Positions 1 to 12,682 of a stretch of 64,000 nucleotides of DNA are shown here, piece after piece. Numbering within the stretch: position 1 is the stretch's first letter; every line of letters begins with the position of its first letter. Both the position numbers and the translations under genes were made by a program. Under the pieces are notes generated by a model. It saw only the letters and a list, made by a program, of their open reading frames with translations, ran no database searches and was not told the origin of the DNA. The stretch is from Octopus sinensis (taxonomy: Eukaryota), in contig NC_042999.1 of assembly GCF_006345805.1 (NCBI RefSeq), positions 84,196,001 through 84,260,000 of the forward strand, written 5' to 3'.

Positions 1-126
1 TTCTATAAACATGACAGGCATTTTACCATTCCACCAGAGTATGTCTGTATATGAGCGGGCATGTAAACGTTCATTAAGGAAGAATAAATCAAAGGGACAG
101 AGTGTGAGAAAGGAAGAGAGAGCTTA

Positions 127-254
127 AGGTTACGTCAACAGATTTCCTATAGAAATTATAGCCAGCACTGATTTTGATACGCGGTTTCGTATCAGACATC
201 GTAACAAAATTGGTGGTGGCTATAATTTCTATAGAAAATCTGTAGACATAACCG
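127..254. mobile_element. MITE with ~42-bp imperfect TIRs and TA target duplication (Tc1/mariner type)
   Basis: GGTTACGTCAACAGATTTCCTATAGAAATTATAGCCAGCAC at left is the near reverse complement of GGTGGTGGCTATAATTTCTATAGAAAATCTGTAGACATAACC at right; TA on both flanks (125-126, 255-256). Confidence 0.75.
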
Positions 255-335
255 TAACAAGTGATGTAATAGCACTGCTAACAGAGTAGAACATAGTTGT
301 GAGTTATAAAAAACGTTTATTATATTTTGTAGTGT

Positions 336-633
336 GGATGTGCAATGGCCCAGTGGTTAGGGCAGCGGACTCGAGGTCGGAGGGTCGCGGTTTCGATTCC
401 CAGATCGGGAATTGTGTGTGTTTATTGAGCGAAATACCTAAAAAAAGCTCCACGAGGCTCCAGCAGGGGGTGCTGGCGACCCCTGTTGTACTCTTTCGCC
501 ATAACTTTCTCTCCCTTTCTTTTCCTGCTTCTTGAGTAACGCTGCAATAGATTAGCGTCCCATCCAGGTGGGGGGGAACACATACGCCACAGAAACCGGT
601 AAACCGGCCCCATAAGCATGGCTAGGCTTGAAA
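336..633 (+). mobile_element. tRNA-derived SINE (head type A, tail type X)
   Basis: Pol III A box TGGCCCAGTGG and B box GGTTTCGATTCC; first ~200 bp match the 33063-33449 SINE; TSD ATTTTGTAGT at 324-333 and 634-643. Confidence 0.85.
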
Positions 634-1770
634 ATTTTGTAGTATATCGTGGAAACATAACGAACTACGGTATCCATAAATTGTCACACCTACACGTCAC
701 GAGGTTGGAATGCAGTGCGTTGTATTTTTTTTTTTGTAGCTATTAACAGAAACTACGAAGTACTTGTAAATGCCGCTTTTATAGGGCTATTCATTAGTGT
801 GACATGAAGAGAGAGCATACAAAATTATTACCCAATGAAGAAGTACATTTTTAGAAATGCAAAAGATTTAATCATTTTAATTCGAATTCTTACTTACTGA
901 GAGCCCTAGCACTTCTTCAGCCGGTTTTAAATTGGTACAGAATAATACATCTATAAACTCTAGCATATTTAGGCTGAAATAGAGAGGATTTTCATTCAGA
1001 CTGAGACTATATTCCTGAAAAGTTTCCCCGATGCAAACAGAAAGAAAATTGTAGATATGAAAGAAAGTCCATAGAAAAGCAATGATAATGATAAACCGCA
1101 AAACAATTAAATTAGATATTTCTCAATCGTCTTCAGTTAACCCCGGAGTGGAATGTAATGTGTTGTCTGAGGGAGACTAATTTACTTCTGATCTGTGCTA
1201 TATTATTACTTTCGTCCTTTCATCTGTTGATTTGATGTGCACGTGTGTACATAAATATACACACACGAGTATGTGTGTGTGTGTACATATATATTTATAT
1301 ATAGATATGAATATACATACTTATGTTTGTGCGTGCGTACATGCGTGAGTGTGTATGTGTGTATGTGCGGTAATGTGTGTGACTGATTTGTTTATGTTAT
1401 TTGATTAGACTGTTTTTTTTTTAGTGTATGTACCAATATATTTGTATTTATCTACTATACACCGTCATATAATTATGCACACATAAACACAATATATATG
1501 TATACACACTTTCTCACACACATATATATATATATATATATGCGTATATATATATATTATGTTCATTTATAAATAATTTATTTATGTATGTATACATATG
1601 TGTGTATCTGTGTGTATGCATTCACATATACATCAGGTGTGAGCGTGTGGTGCGCGCGTGTATACGTGTGTGTGTGCGTGCGTGTGTGTGTGTGTGTGTG
1701 TGTATGTGTGTGTGGTCACGCATGCATCTGCATTTATTTCCTTCTATATACTCTATATTGTAGAAAGCTA

Positions 1771-1816
1771 CTTTGTGACGATGGTGAGTAGGCAGTATCA
1801 TTAGAACGTCGGAGAG
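1771..1816 (+). ncRNA. Degenerate hammerhead-like motif
   Basis: GTGACGA-TGGTGA..TATCATT-AGAACGTC approximates CUGACGA/stem II/GAAACGUC with several core changes; downstream of a (TG)n array. Confidence 0.25.
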
Positions 1817-2713
1817 AATATCTTGTATTTCTTCCGATTCTTTGCCTTCGGATTTCAAATTATAATGTTGCTTTAATTCCTTGAAGACCGATAAAAAAAA
1901 ACTCATTCCGAGAATGAAGTTTTTTTCTCCTTTTTCTATTCCAAGAAATCAGCTACGACTTCACAGTTCTGAAATACTAAACATACACGTATGACACATT
2001 AGAAAATTACTGCCTAATTGCCTGTGGAATTTTCGGACAGGTTGGCATCTGAGTTCCTGACACATGGTTTTTAACGGAAAACTGATGAAGTATTTGGAAC
2101 TGCAATGCTTCTGTCACATAATTAGGGAGAAAAATAAAAAGAAAACATAGAATAGTGTCACAGTCAGTCAGGAGAATGATCCTTGAAACACGGCCGATAA
2201 CGTCGATATAGTGTCATAAGAAGTGACAAAATGAGGACGTAGGTGTAAGGTGTCCAAAGACAGGTGCAGTCATTGCTATGAACGTGAGTATCGCCACCTC
2301 GATTAAAACCTAACGTATCAGAGTGGTATTGATTATTCTTTTTGATTGAAAAGGGTGTTGTCCATCATGTGTACTTTCCATGTGATAAAATTCCAGTTCC
2401 GCGAAGATGTCTTGCGGCCTTTAAAAAGTGAAAGACAGATATAGTTAGCTATGGATAAGCAACAACTGGATGCCCCACCAAGACAAGGCAACTTACTCAA
2501 GCGCCAATGCTTCAGTATGTCTCTTGGCACTCGTTATCAAACGGATCTTTTCTCCGGATTTGGCCACATTTGATATTACCAAAATGGCGGACTTCTTTCC
2601 TCGAATATAGATATCGATCATCAAAGGAAGCAGATCTCAGATTATGCAACTAATCATGCAGAATTTATAATAGCAGCTCTACCCTAAGCGAGGAAGTACA
2701 TTCCAGTATATAT

Positions 2714-2793
<80 letters not shown>

Positions 2794-2796
<3 letters not shown>

Positions 2797-3053
2797 AACG
2801 GTGTAAGCAAGAAGATCTCGAATCTATCTTCTAGCCAAGGTATCTTTAACGCCGCTGCCCCCTACTACAATGAGGCACTGACATCGTGTGGGTTTAAGGA
2901 TCGCATCTCTTACATGCCAGACCCTAGCAGGAAAAGAAAGCATCGCAGAAACGTCATTAGTTTGGTTCCACCCTTCCCGCTCAACGTCAAGACTTGTGTT
3001 GGAAGAATTTTCTTTATATTAATACACAAACATTTCTCGCACGCACGCACACA

Positions 3054-3106
<53 letters not shown>

Positions 3107-4163
3107 CACACACACACACACACATAGATATAGGCAATTATCTAACAACCTAAGAGTCTCCATTAGTAGTGCCCCTAACAAAAATATTTTAACAAGTACC
3201 TACAATACAAGGCAGGAGGCAGGTTGTTCTTTCAGGGTATATAATAACTGTCCAGTAGGAGGTTGATGCGAGATTGAAGGAGTAATCTATGAAGCTTCGG
3301 TGACACCTTGACCTGCTATCTGCATTACTAGCAATGTACCATCTAAAAGCAACATTAGCAGATTAACCAAATCTCACGCCAGTACAAACGCTACAGTCAG
3401 AGATGATGACTAGTCCAAGGTCAGCGTCACAGAGGACGTGTCCGACGACCACAGTACCACCGCCACAGATAATGAACAAAGCATTTTCATAGACACATAT
3501 AGAGTGCCAGCCCCGCACCATATGTCACCACCATATGTACGATCGCCACACCTAGAGATGATGACCAGCCCAGGACCAGTGACACAAAGGAGGTATTCGG
3601 CGTTCTCAGTACCACCACCACAGATGATGACCAAACAATTATTATCGGCACTGATGGAATGACCAGTTCCGCACCATATGTTACCACAGCCGCACCTGCA
3701 CTAACGCCAGCAGCTACATCGCCAACCATATGACCAAAGAGATAACACCGTCGGATCATTACGCCATATCGACTGTGTCAGCAATGATGTTACCAACATC
3801 ATCCCCAGGTCCGAAGCCTATCAGAGGTATACCAGGAGTGCGAATATAGCCACATCCCAAGTTTGTAAATGTATCATATCACTAGTACATCTTCAAACGT
3901 CGCTTCCGCAACTACCAGTCATATTTCAGAGTCCCAGAAAGACGGATTGTCACGACCCTGGCCCACCGTGTGTGGCACCTCAAACATCAAGGGTCCTCAT
4001 GATATATCAGGTGGAAAATAATAGATCATCCGTTGCAAAATCTGCATCGCTGAGAGATCTATAATTCTTAAGGACTATACTATAACCTGGCCCGTTAAAT
4101 AGTAAAGAAATTTTATTTTTCTAAATGTGTCTACTTGAAGCGCTACCTACTGGAAAAATGGAT
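2794..4163 (+). pseudogene. Penelope-like retroelement ORF 3' part: post-RT linker, Cys-rich linker and GIY-YIG endonuclease (disrupted)
   Basis: Translated pieces: ISNLSS..IFNAAAPYYNEAL..CGF; RRNVISLVPPFPLNVKTCVGRIFFILIHKHF; NNLRVSISSAPN; CSFR..CPVGG*C..GVIYEASV; FKRRFRNYQSYF..TTLAHRVWHLK..IRWKII..CKICIAERSIIL..LNSKE. Typical PLE C-terminal pattern; interrupted by (CA)n at 3047-3124, stops and frameshifts. Confidence 0.85.
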
Positions 4164-4335
4164 TTTCCCGTTTGTTGGTTAAGCTTTTTGGGGCCTATAA
4201 GGGTTGTTTTATCCTCTGGTTCAGGCGAGACAATCCGGCTTCATTAACGTTTTTATATGTAAAGACTTAAATCGCGATTTCTGAGCGTTTACTCACGAAC
4301 TCGACGAAGAAAGTTTAATTCTTTTGTCATTGTGT

Positions 4336-4396
4336 AGAGTCTAATTAGCTGTCCACAAGGCTTTGGCTTTGTGGATACGAAACCTTTGGTAACTCT
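4336..4396 (+). ncRNA. Degenerate type I hammerhead ribozyme in the PLE 3' region
   Basis: Stem I AGAGT/ACTCT; core CTAATTA (CUGAUGA with 2 changes); long stem II TGTCCACAAGG..CTTTGTGGATA; GAAA; stem III ACC-TTT-GGT; GUA site. About 170 bp after the GIY-YIG ORF end, where PLE pLTR hammerheads are expected. Confidence 0.6.
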
Positions 4397-4484
4397 TTGA
4401 CCAAGATTAAAATTTTTGTTGTAATATTTACAGGTCTCTTCTTTAGAGTGTGCTTCTTTTCTGATATATATTTTATTGACTATA

Positions 4485-5021
4485 TCTCTAATATAAATTG
4501 GACATGGGCGATCGTTGCATTCTTTCTTGCCAAACGGCTGAATGAATTCGCATGAAAAATGGCACACATATGGGGAATGTTGCATAGATTGGAATGAAGT
4601 TTCTATTTTTTCTTAGCCCCCATACTTATCGAGAAAATCTATTAAAACCTTTTCTAATAGGATTCCCCTGTTTGTTCCGCCATTAAAGCAACCAGTTGCT
4701 AACACAGCCGGCATATACCATTTCGCTAGTAGCAAGGGGAGTACAGGATGACAGCCAGTTAAAACTTTCGCACTCTTCTTTCACCTGTTTGTGGGTTTAA
4801 TAATCTTAATCTTTAGTTACAGTTTCTCATCCAAACTACATAATAGGCAGAATTGTCGGATTAAGACAGTAGGGCGTTTTGAGGGAGATTTGACTGCTAT
4901 TTCTACCAGATTCAGCTACCATGTACAGGTCTGAGCTTAATTTTCATACACATATGCTTAACCGAAAACGACCACAGCCACATCATCCAAACAGACCGGT
5001 AAAACCGGGCTTAGATGCTAG
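4485..5021 (+). mobile_element. Non-autonomous Helitron
   Basis: A|TC 5' end (TCTCTAATATAAA), subterminal hairpin CCGGT-AAA-ACCGG, and CTAG|T 3' end at 5018-5021. Confidence 0.6.
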
Positions 5022-5227
5022 TATATATATGCATACACAAATTTATATGTAGGTATGTGTGTGTGTTTGTATGGATGTATTTATGTATCAATATACATGC
5101 TGGTGTGCTCTAATGTATATATGCGTGCATGTATTTCATTTCATTATATTATATTTTATTCTTATTCTCTTCACTCCTTCATTCAACTTTCCTTTTTATT
5201 TGACGTCTTAACTGATCAATTCTAGAT

Positions 5228-5432
5228 ATTATTTTCTACTTTAGGCACAAGGCCCGACATTTTGGGGGAGGGGCCAGTCGATTAGATCGATTCCAGTGCT
5301 TAATTCCAGTGCTTGTGCTTAATTCATCGACCCAGAAAGGCAAAGTCGACCTCGGCGGAATTTGAATTCAGAATGTAAAGCCAGACGAAATACAGCTAAG
5401 TATTTCGCCCGTAATGCTAACGATTCTGCCTT
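5228..5432 (-). mobile_element. SINE family A copy
   Basis: Matches the copies at 8896 and 55333 (GGCAGAATCGTTAGC..TTCAAATTCCGCCGAGGTCGACTTTGCC); TSD ATCAATTCTAGAT on both sides. Confidence 0.85.
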
Positions 5433-5514
5433 ATCAATTCTAGATCTTAAACCTCCCATAACATAACTCTAACAACTTAAGCTTCTTGATAATAAATAAA
5501 TGAAAATAAATTTA

Positions 5515-5620
5515 ATGTCTTCTACCATAGCCTCAGGCCGACCAAAGCCTTGCGAGTGGATTTGGTAGACGGAAACTGAAAGAAGTCTATCGTATGTATA
5601 CATATATATATGCTGCTCTA

Positions 5621-5669
<49 letters not shown>

Positions 5670-5905
5670 GTATGTGTGTGTGTGTGTTTGTGTGTCTGTG
5701 TTTGTCCGCCCACCATCGCTTGACAACCAATGCTCGTGTGTTTATGTCCCCGTAACTTAGCAGTTCGTCAAAAGAGACGGAGAAAAATAAGTGCTAGGCT
5801 TACATAGAATAAATCCTAGGATCGATTTGTTAGACTAAAGGCGGTGATCCAACATGGCCGCAGTCAAATGACTGAAACAGATAAAAGAATAAAAGAATAA
5901 AAGAA
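5515..5905 (+). mobile_element. SINE family B copy (5' truncated) with internal microsatellite
   Basis: GGATTTGGTAGACGGAAACTGAAAGAAG, then (TA)/(TC)/(TG), then TTGACAACC..GGCCGCAGTCAAATGACTGAAAC and (AAAAGAAT)n tail; same family at 6010, 14111, 31350, 56785. Confidence 0.8.
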
Positions 5906-6009
5906 TCATTCTTTGTTGGAGGCAAGAGAAAGACTGAGGGCAAGTGTTTGGGGTTCAGCAGCAAAGTAATCGTTCTACTAAGATCTCCAGTTATTCATAC
6001 ACAACATCT

Positions 6010-6189
6010 TTTATCTAAGACTTGTTTCAGTCATTAGACTGCTGCCATACTTCGGCAACGCTTTGAAAAATTTATCATCCGATGTTTCAACCCCAATACT
6101 AATTTTTTTTTATACGTGGTACATATTCTATTGTCTTCTTTGCACCGCGATGATGGGCGACCAACACAGACTGAAAGACCCCCCCCCCC

Positions 6190-6227
<38 letters not shown>

Positions 6228-6303
6228 ATATATATATTACGGTCTTGTTTCAGTTTCCGTCTATAATATCCATTCACAAAGGCTTTGGTCGTGCCGAGGC
6301 TAA
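6010..6303 (-). mobile_element. SINE family B copy, diverged
   Basis: GTTTCAGTCATTAGACTGC and TTTCAGTTTCCGTCTA..ATCCATTCACAAAGGCTTTGGTCG are reverse complements of family B segments. Confidence 0.65.
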
Positions 6304-6309
6304 AGTCCT

Positions 6310-6500
6310 TTAATTTTTAATTTTGGGGTAGCCGGGTTCAGTCGATTTCATCGAGCCAGTGCTCAGCTAATACTTATTTCATTCACTCTTAAAGAACAAA
6401 AAGATAGAATCGATCACGGCGGAATTTGAACCGAGAACGTAATGATCGATGAAATGCTGCATTTATCGGGAGCGTTAGCAATCTTGACAGCTCGCTGCTT
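6310..6500 (-). mobile_element. SINE family A copy, diverged
   Basis: CGGCGGAATTTGAACCGAGAACGTAA..CAGCTCGC matches the reverse complement of family A. Confidence 0.7.
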
Positions 6501-6955
6501 TTGAACGCAGTTCGTCATCAAAAGAGAAATGTCTGAAGCTGTGTAGTTATTGTGTCAATTACTTCTAACTATCTACGACCTCCTACGTCGTATTCCATAA
6601 ACCGGCGGAATATCATTTGCATATATATTTTCTTTATGTATGAAACAACTATATCAAATCTAATTCATGCCAATATGACAATTGCACGTCAACTTCATCG
6701 GTTATATCATTAACTTCCTCTCTATATCTCATATCACCATGGCTCTCTATAGCGGTCGCCGAGTCAGAATATGTATATGTTACCCATTTCTTCTGTTTTA
6801 GAGAGCTAATATAACATTTCCTCTATCACTAAAATATTATTGAATCTTAATCATTATTTTACTTGTGCGACCTTTTTGTTCTCTTTGACATCTGACATAT
6901 ATGCAAGTAATATGTAGATAAACATACACATACACACACAAATGCATAAAGAGGG

Positions 6956-6994
<39 letters not shown>

Positions 6995-7416
6995 TATATA
7001 AATATATATGTGTGTGTGTGCATATATACATATACACACACATATGTATATAAATATCTATATACATATACGTGAATATATTTACAGACATATGGGGAGC
7101 AAAGGGTTGTATTAATATTAGATTTCCAACGGGCAAATCTACAAAGGTACATACATAGATAAAATAGTACAATATATATATAGATGTGTGTTTGTGTGTC
7201 TGTGCATGTGCGTCTGTCGATGTATATATGCAAGCATGTATGTATGCACTAGTGAAATGTGTATATAACCAGAATATATTATATAAGGAGAAAATATAAT
7301 GTCAATTTCTTTTTTTATAATATATGCAGCCTATGCATAATGCATCTGTATAAGTATTCATGCATATGAACGTCAAACTATTTTTTTAAATGTTTTGTTT
7401 CTATGTGAGTGTGTTT

Positions 7417-7461
<45 letters not shown>

Positions 7462-7629
7462 TGTGTGTGTGTTCGTGTGTGTGTTCGTGTGTATGTTTGT
7501 GTGTATCAATGCACATATCGTAAATGATTAAAATTTCGGTAAAAGAGCTGGAGGAAAAAAAGTCAAAAATTTCATTTCGAATTTGTATTATATTGCATAT
7601 TAGGCACTTTCTCTCTTTCTCTCTCTCTT

Positions 7630-7678
7630 CTTATACATATATATATATATATATTATATATGTATATATATATATTAT

Positions 7679-7712
<34 letters not shown>

Positions 7713-7755
7713 ATATATAATATATATATATATACATATATATATACATATATAA

Positions 7756-7800
<45 letters not shown>

Positions 7801-7832
7801 TATATATATACACATATATACATATATATATC
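7630..7832. repeat. (TA)n array, representative of many (also 8630-8852, 9672-9780, 15190-15255, 37612-37747, 44562-44708)
   Basis: Direct inspection; source of the IYIY/YIYI pseudo-ORFs. Confidence 0.95.
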
Positions 7833-8045
7833 ATACATGGATAGATAGCTCTAAAGAGAGTGGGGAGAGAGGGAGAAGCATAAAAACGTAAATGAACACG
7901 CCCATATCTACGTAAAAACTAATTATATATTTGTTCTTATATCTGCATATATACATACTTATACATATATATGTGTGTTTGTGTTTGTGTGTGTATGCAT
8001 GTATGTTTGTATGTATTTGTATATATAAGCATAAACATATCCATA

Positions 8046-8102
<57 letters not shown>

Positions 8103-8635
8103 TACACACACATACGTACATACATACAAACATACATACATACATGCAAATATATACAACCTTCCATAGACGCGTGAATGTGTGTACGAATGCGAGTTAA
8201 CGTCCTTACGTGGAAGTTTATGCATGCATTCTACATCGGAAACCCTTGCATTTCATTATTAAGTTTTTCAATAGCTAAATCGTCCAGCTGTATTAAAAAT
8301 GTCTTTCATATTTCTCTATCTTCCATTCTTCTGTTGCTTTACGATGGAACATCTCTAATTATAGAGATCCAATCATTTACACCCAGCAGCAACTCCAAAA
8401 TATTTCTTTACTTTTGAAACTCTCGCATCAATATATATTTGATAAAGAACAATTATCCATACATTTAGAAAAGAGTTTTTCTTTCTTCTCTTAAAATTTA
8501 CTCAGTTTTTTCAACATAGATTCGGTACTTACACACCGATACATAACGTGAAAATTTATAGCAAATATATATATATATATATACATATAAAAATACACAC
8601 TCGCACACACATAAACACACCGGTATAAGTATCTT

Positions 8636-8666
<31 letters not shown>

Positions 8667-8671
8667 CATAC

Positions 8672-8704
<33 letters not shown>

Positions 8705-8759
8705 ATATATATGTATATATATGTATATATATATATATACATTATATATATATACATGC

Positions 8760-8834
<75 letters not shown>

Positions 8835-8895
8835 TTACATATATATATATATAAAATATATTTGCTTTTTATATTACACATATACCTGTTTATAA

Positions 8896-9108
8896 GGCGA
8901 CGATTTGGCACAATCGTTAGCAGACTGGGCGAAATGCTTAGCAGCGTTTCGTCCATCTTTACATTCTGCGCTGAAATTCCGTCGGGATAGGCTTTGGCGC
9001 TCCATCCATTCGGGGTCGATGAAATAAGTGCAAGTGGAACATTGGGTCGATTTAATCAACTTAGCTCCTTCCCCGCAACTGGTGACCCTGTACCAAAATT
9101 TGAAACCA
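8896..9108 (+). mobile_element. SINE family A copy
   Basis: GGCGACGATTTGGCACAATCGTTAGC..GAAATGCTTAGC..TTCGGGGTCGATGAAATAAGT..TTTGAAACCAAT; near full length. Confidence 0.8.
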
Positions 9109-9186
9109 ATAATATATATAAAGACGTAATATGTATGTGCTTACAGTGCTTAAGGTACGTATGTACTTGTGTACCCACATGCACAC

Positions 9187-9376
9187 CACACAAGGGATGC
9201 TTAAAAGTTGCTGACTTTAAGGCTATCGCGAAAGGTCTATTAGGAGGCCCAAACTTCCGAATTGTTTTAGCACGCGTAGAACAACTAAAGGACCGCTGCA
9301 ATAAGTGTGTGAATCTTAGAGGGGAGTATATTGAATAAAATCATAATTGACTGATTCTCCTGTATTTTCTTTATCC
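9187..9376 (+). mobile_element. mariner-derived internally deleted remnant
   Basis: Ends in LKDRCNKCVNLRGEYIE*, the mariner transposase C-terminal pattern (W.KC...G.Y.E); the start resembles a mariner TIR. Confidence 0.55.
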
Positions 9377-9668
9377 ATTCTTTTATGATTGTCTTTATAT
9401 ACAATGAATCTTTTTCCCTTAAAACACCTCTTACCATTGATTTAATCATAAACCAGGTGTATTTTCTATACACTCATTTGTTATGAATGTACTCTCATAC
9501 GAGCACAGTTAAATTGTCACATCTATGAAGTCTGTCTTCTCGAAACACCAAGCGTTGGCATAGTTAAGAAATTCCTTTCTAACGAAAATTAACTCTCTTA
9601 TGAAAGAAAAGGCCAGTGTTAGATAAATTTGTTGGATATAAGAGAATTATAACGCTTATATGTATGTG

Positions 9669-9767
<99 letters not shown>

Positions 9768-9986
9768 ATATATATATATACAATGGCCAGCATATCAAAA
9801 AATACCTTTAAAGGTTCACTTCCGATTCTCTCACTCTGTGAAAGTTTCTAGTTCGAATCACACGTGTCTCGAGATGTGCCGAAGATTTTCTATTTTGGAT
9901 ATATTTGGGGTACTTAGGTCTGTTCGGGACTTAGTGCTTGCTTTTTCCATGGGTATGAGTAAGCATTCCATTTATGTCTTACGTAT

Positions 9987-10047
9987 TTATCGCTGACGAG
10001 GGGAAAATTCTTATGAATTAACCCCGAAATTGGGACCAATGGGATAA
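9987..10047 (+). ncRNA. Type I hammerhead-like motif (probably inactive copy) in a ~390-bp cassette (about 9781-10170) between (TA)n arrays
   Basis: TTATC(G)-CTGACGA-GGGG..CCCC-GAAA; stem III ATTGG-GA-CCAAT; G at the cleavage position; stem I closes with GATAA. Confidence 0.6.
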
Positions 10048-10189
10048 TAACGGATTTTCTAGTATTTTCTATCGGCTTGTTTCGAGACGCATAAATTATA
10101 ATGGTTATTGACAATTTTGTCTTCTTTGGCATATTTGGCATTGGAATTTTTCTTTTGCCCTTATTTTATATGTTATATATATATATACA

Positions 10190-10678
10190 CAGTAATACCT
10201 CACTTTATGAGCATCAAGTACAAAATCCAAATTTTGAATGAGGTGCAAAAGTTTCTACTATCATAACAAATACTGCTGCGTGTTACCGAGAAATTGATAA
10301 TGATCGAAAAAAGCTTCTAAGCAAACAACTCTAGACTTGTGTTTTAAAAAAAATCTGCAAATCCATCTACGAGTGCTTATGAATCTGTGATCGCGTGTCT
10401 AGTGCGAGTGAAAGTGATTCAGAAAACTATGATAATAATACGTTTTTTTTTTTAATAAATGATCTTGACATTTTTCCCTTTGTATAAAATATTCTTTACA
10501 TTCTATTGTTGTTTTATTGCCATTTATTTGCGAGTATTATAAATTTTATCGGTAAAATATGTTTTTTCTGGTAACGAATTACGATTTATATAATTGGGAA
10601 TTATTACTCTGCTTTACGAATTTTCGCTTTGCGAACGGACACCGTGAATAAATTAACTTTTATATCGAGGCATTACAG
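10190..10678. mobile_element. Tigger/pogo-like MITE
   Basis: Ends CAGTAATACCTC and GAGGCATTACAG|TA are near reverse complements. Confidence 0.55.
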
Positions 10679-11002
10679 TATATTGATACATACGCATACG
10701 CTTACATCCGTTCTTACACGAACACACACACATACGCAAGTGCTTGTGTTTAAGTGTGTATATATACGTGTTTAGTTATAAGATTAATGCACAATATATG
10801 CATGTAGCTAATCCGGTGGTACTCATAAAATTGCTCCTGAAATGGATCAGATAGCAAACCTCATAGTAAAGCAGAACAAAATAAAGTAGTGTAATATATA
10901 ATCCGACGAAACTGAAATCCACTATATCCAATTGGTAATGGTTATTACATTGGGAGTGTATAAAATATACTTCTACACTCCTGATGATGCATATATATAT
11001 AT

Positions 11003-11052
<50 letters not shown>

Positions 11053-11198
11053 GTTACTACAGATAAATGTAGGTATATGTATTTGCATACATATTTTGTT
11101 TTAATGAAAATAGACACTTATATTTAAAAAACACATATTCAAGCATACACACATATATGTACATGTGTATGAAAATATTGGTATATGTATATATGAAA

Positions 11199-11241
<43 letters not shown>

Positions 11242-11262
11242 CACACAAATATACACACACAC

Positions 11263-11357
<95 letters not shown>

Positions 11358-11613
11358 TCTGTGTGTTGAAAAGTGACGATCCTATAATGTGCTCAAAATT
11401 TGCCAGTTATTCGTGTAACTCACTATATCTACAAGCATATTAAAACCAAGTAAGGACACACCGGTACACAACAAAAATTACCACCAGTAATATACAGGAA
11501 TACTGGCAATTCGAAATTGCGCTGACACTGCCTTCAATTGTAGGTCATTTCTCTCTCTCTCTCTCTCACTCACTCATCCTGACCTAGACTTGAATAATCT
11601 CAACAACCTAATT

Positions 11614-11752
11614 TTCTTCTTCTTCTTCTTCTTCTTTTCTTCTTCTTCTTCTTCTTCTTCTTCTTCTTCTCTTCTTCTTCTTCTTCTTCTTCTTCTTCTT
11701 CTTCTTCTCTTCTTCTTCTTCTCTTCTTCTTCTTCTTCTTCTTCTTCTTCTC
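11614..11752. repeat. (TTC)n microsatellite
   Basis: Direct inspection. Confidence 0.95.
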
Positions 11753-12354
11753 CACCGTCTCTCCTCCTCCTGTTCTTTCGTCCCCACTCTTCTATTTTTC
11801 TAGGCGAGCTCCAAGAATTGTTAGCATACCTGAGAGAACATGCTCTAGGTATACCTTCTGGCGATTTACGTTTACAAGTTCAAATTTCGCCGAGGTCGAC
11901 CTTCATCCTTTGGCGAAAGTATATACTAGTTGATCATTTGGGTCCATGTAATCGACTTCACTTGAATTGCTGGTTTCACAATTTGAATCATCTATTCATT
12001 GTTAGTGATAGAAACTGGATGAGATATTTAGCCGAGTAAAGCGACACCAATACTTCGCTGGTACTGTATTTTATGGTCCACGAAAAGAAGGGAGACTAAA
12101 TTTTCCACGATAGTTTTGAACTCAGGGCGGCTAAGTTTACAAGTAAAGCCATTTTCACACGCTCTTTAGAGACTGTGTTGTAATTTTTCCGATGCTCAAG
12201 CACTGTGCCTCATAGGTCATGCACTTTTGTTATGAAGGACTGGGAAGCTTCTTTTTAACAATGTATTAGACGAATAAGTATTTCAGTCTCTCGTACATTA
12301 TACATTACTGGTGCCGAAAATAACTAAACGAATTCTACAACAATTCAAATAATA

Positions 12355-12682
12355 TTGGTTTCAAATTCTGGTGCAAGGCGAACAGGTTTGGAGAAAGAGA
12401 TAAGTTTTCAACCGTTACTTATTTTATTTATTTTATCGTTCCTGAAAGGGGTGAAAAGGTAAAATTGACCTCAACAGAATTTAAACTCAGAACGAGAAGA
12501 CAGACGAAATCCGATTCTTTCTTTTCTGAATTTTTTTTTTTGGGGGGGGGGGAAGCAGTTGATTACATCGACCTCAGTGTATCACTGGTACTTAATTTAT
12601 CGACACCGAAAGGGTGAAATACAAAGTCGACCCCGCTCAAGCATTTTGTCCGGCATACTAAAGATTCTGCCACCTCGCCGCT
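12355..12682 (-). mobile_element. Two adjacent diverged SINE family A copies
   Basis: TTGACCTCAACAGAATTTAAACTCAGAACG (first copy) and CTGGTACTTAATTTATCGAC..AAAGTCGACC..GATTCTGCCACCTCGCCGC (second copy). Confidence 0.65.

Noticed and set aside
336-410. tRNA gene
   Set aside because: The A/B boxes belong to a SINE head with body, tail and TSD; the same applies at 33380-33449 and 36266.
2078-2115. CTGATGA followed by a hairpin (similar isolated CTGANGA at ~915, 1130, 17036, 26648, 32410)
   Set aside because: No correctly placed GAAA, stem III and stem I; expected by chance or too decayed to call.
3264-3266. In-frame TGA in the PLE Cys-rich linker as selenocysteine (as reported for some Naiad PLEs)
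   Set aside because: It lies next to the conserved Cys rather than at it, fits CGA-to-TGA decay, and the copy has many other stops; no SECIS was identified.
6837-8200. Many 60-175 aa ORFs rich in YI/CV/HT/LSIY (here and throughout the window)
   Set aside because: They are translations of stop-free microsatellites with no domain content.
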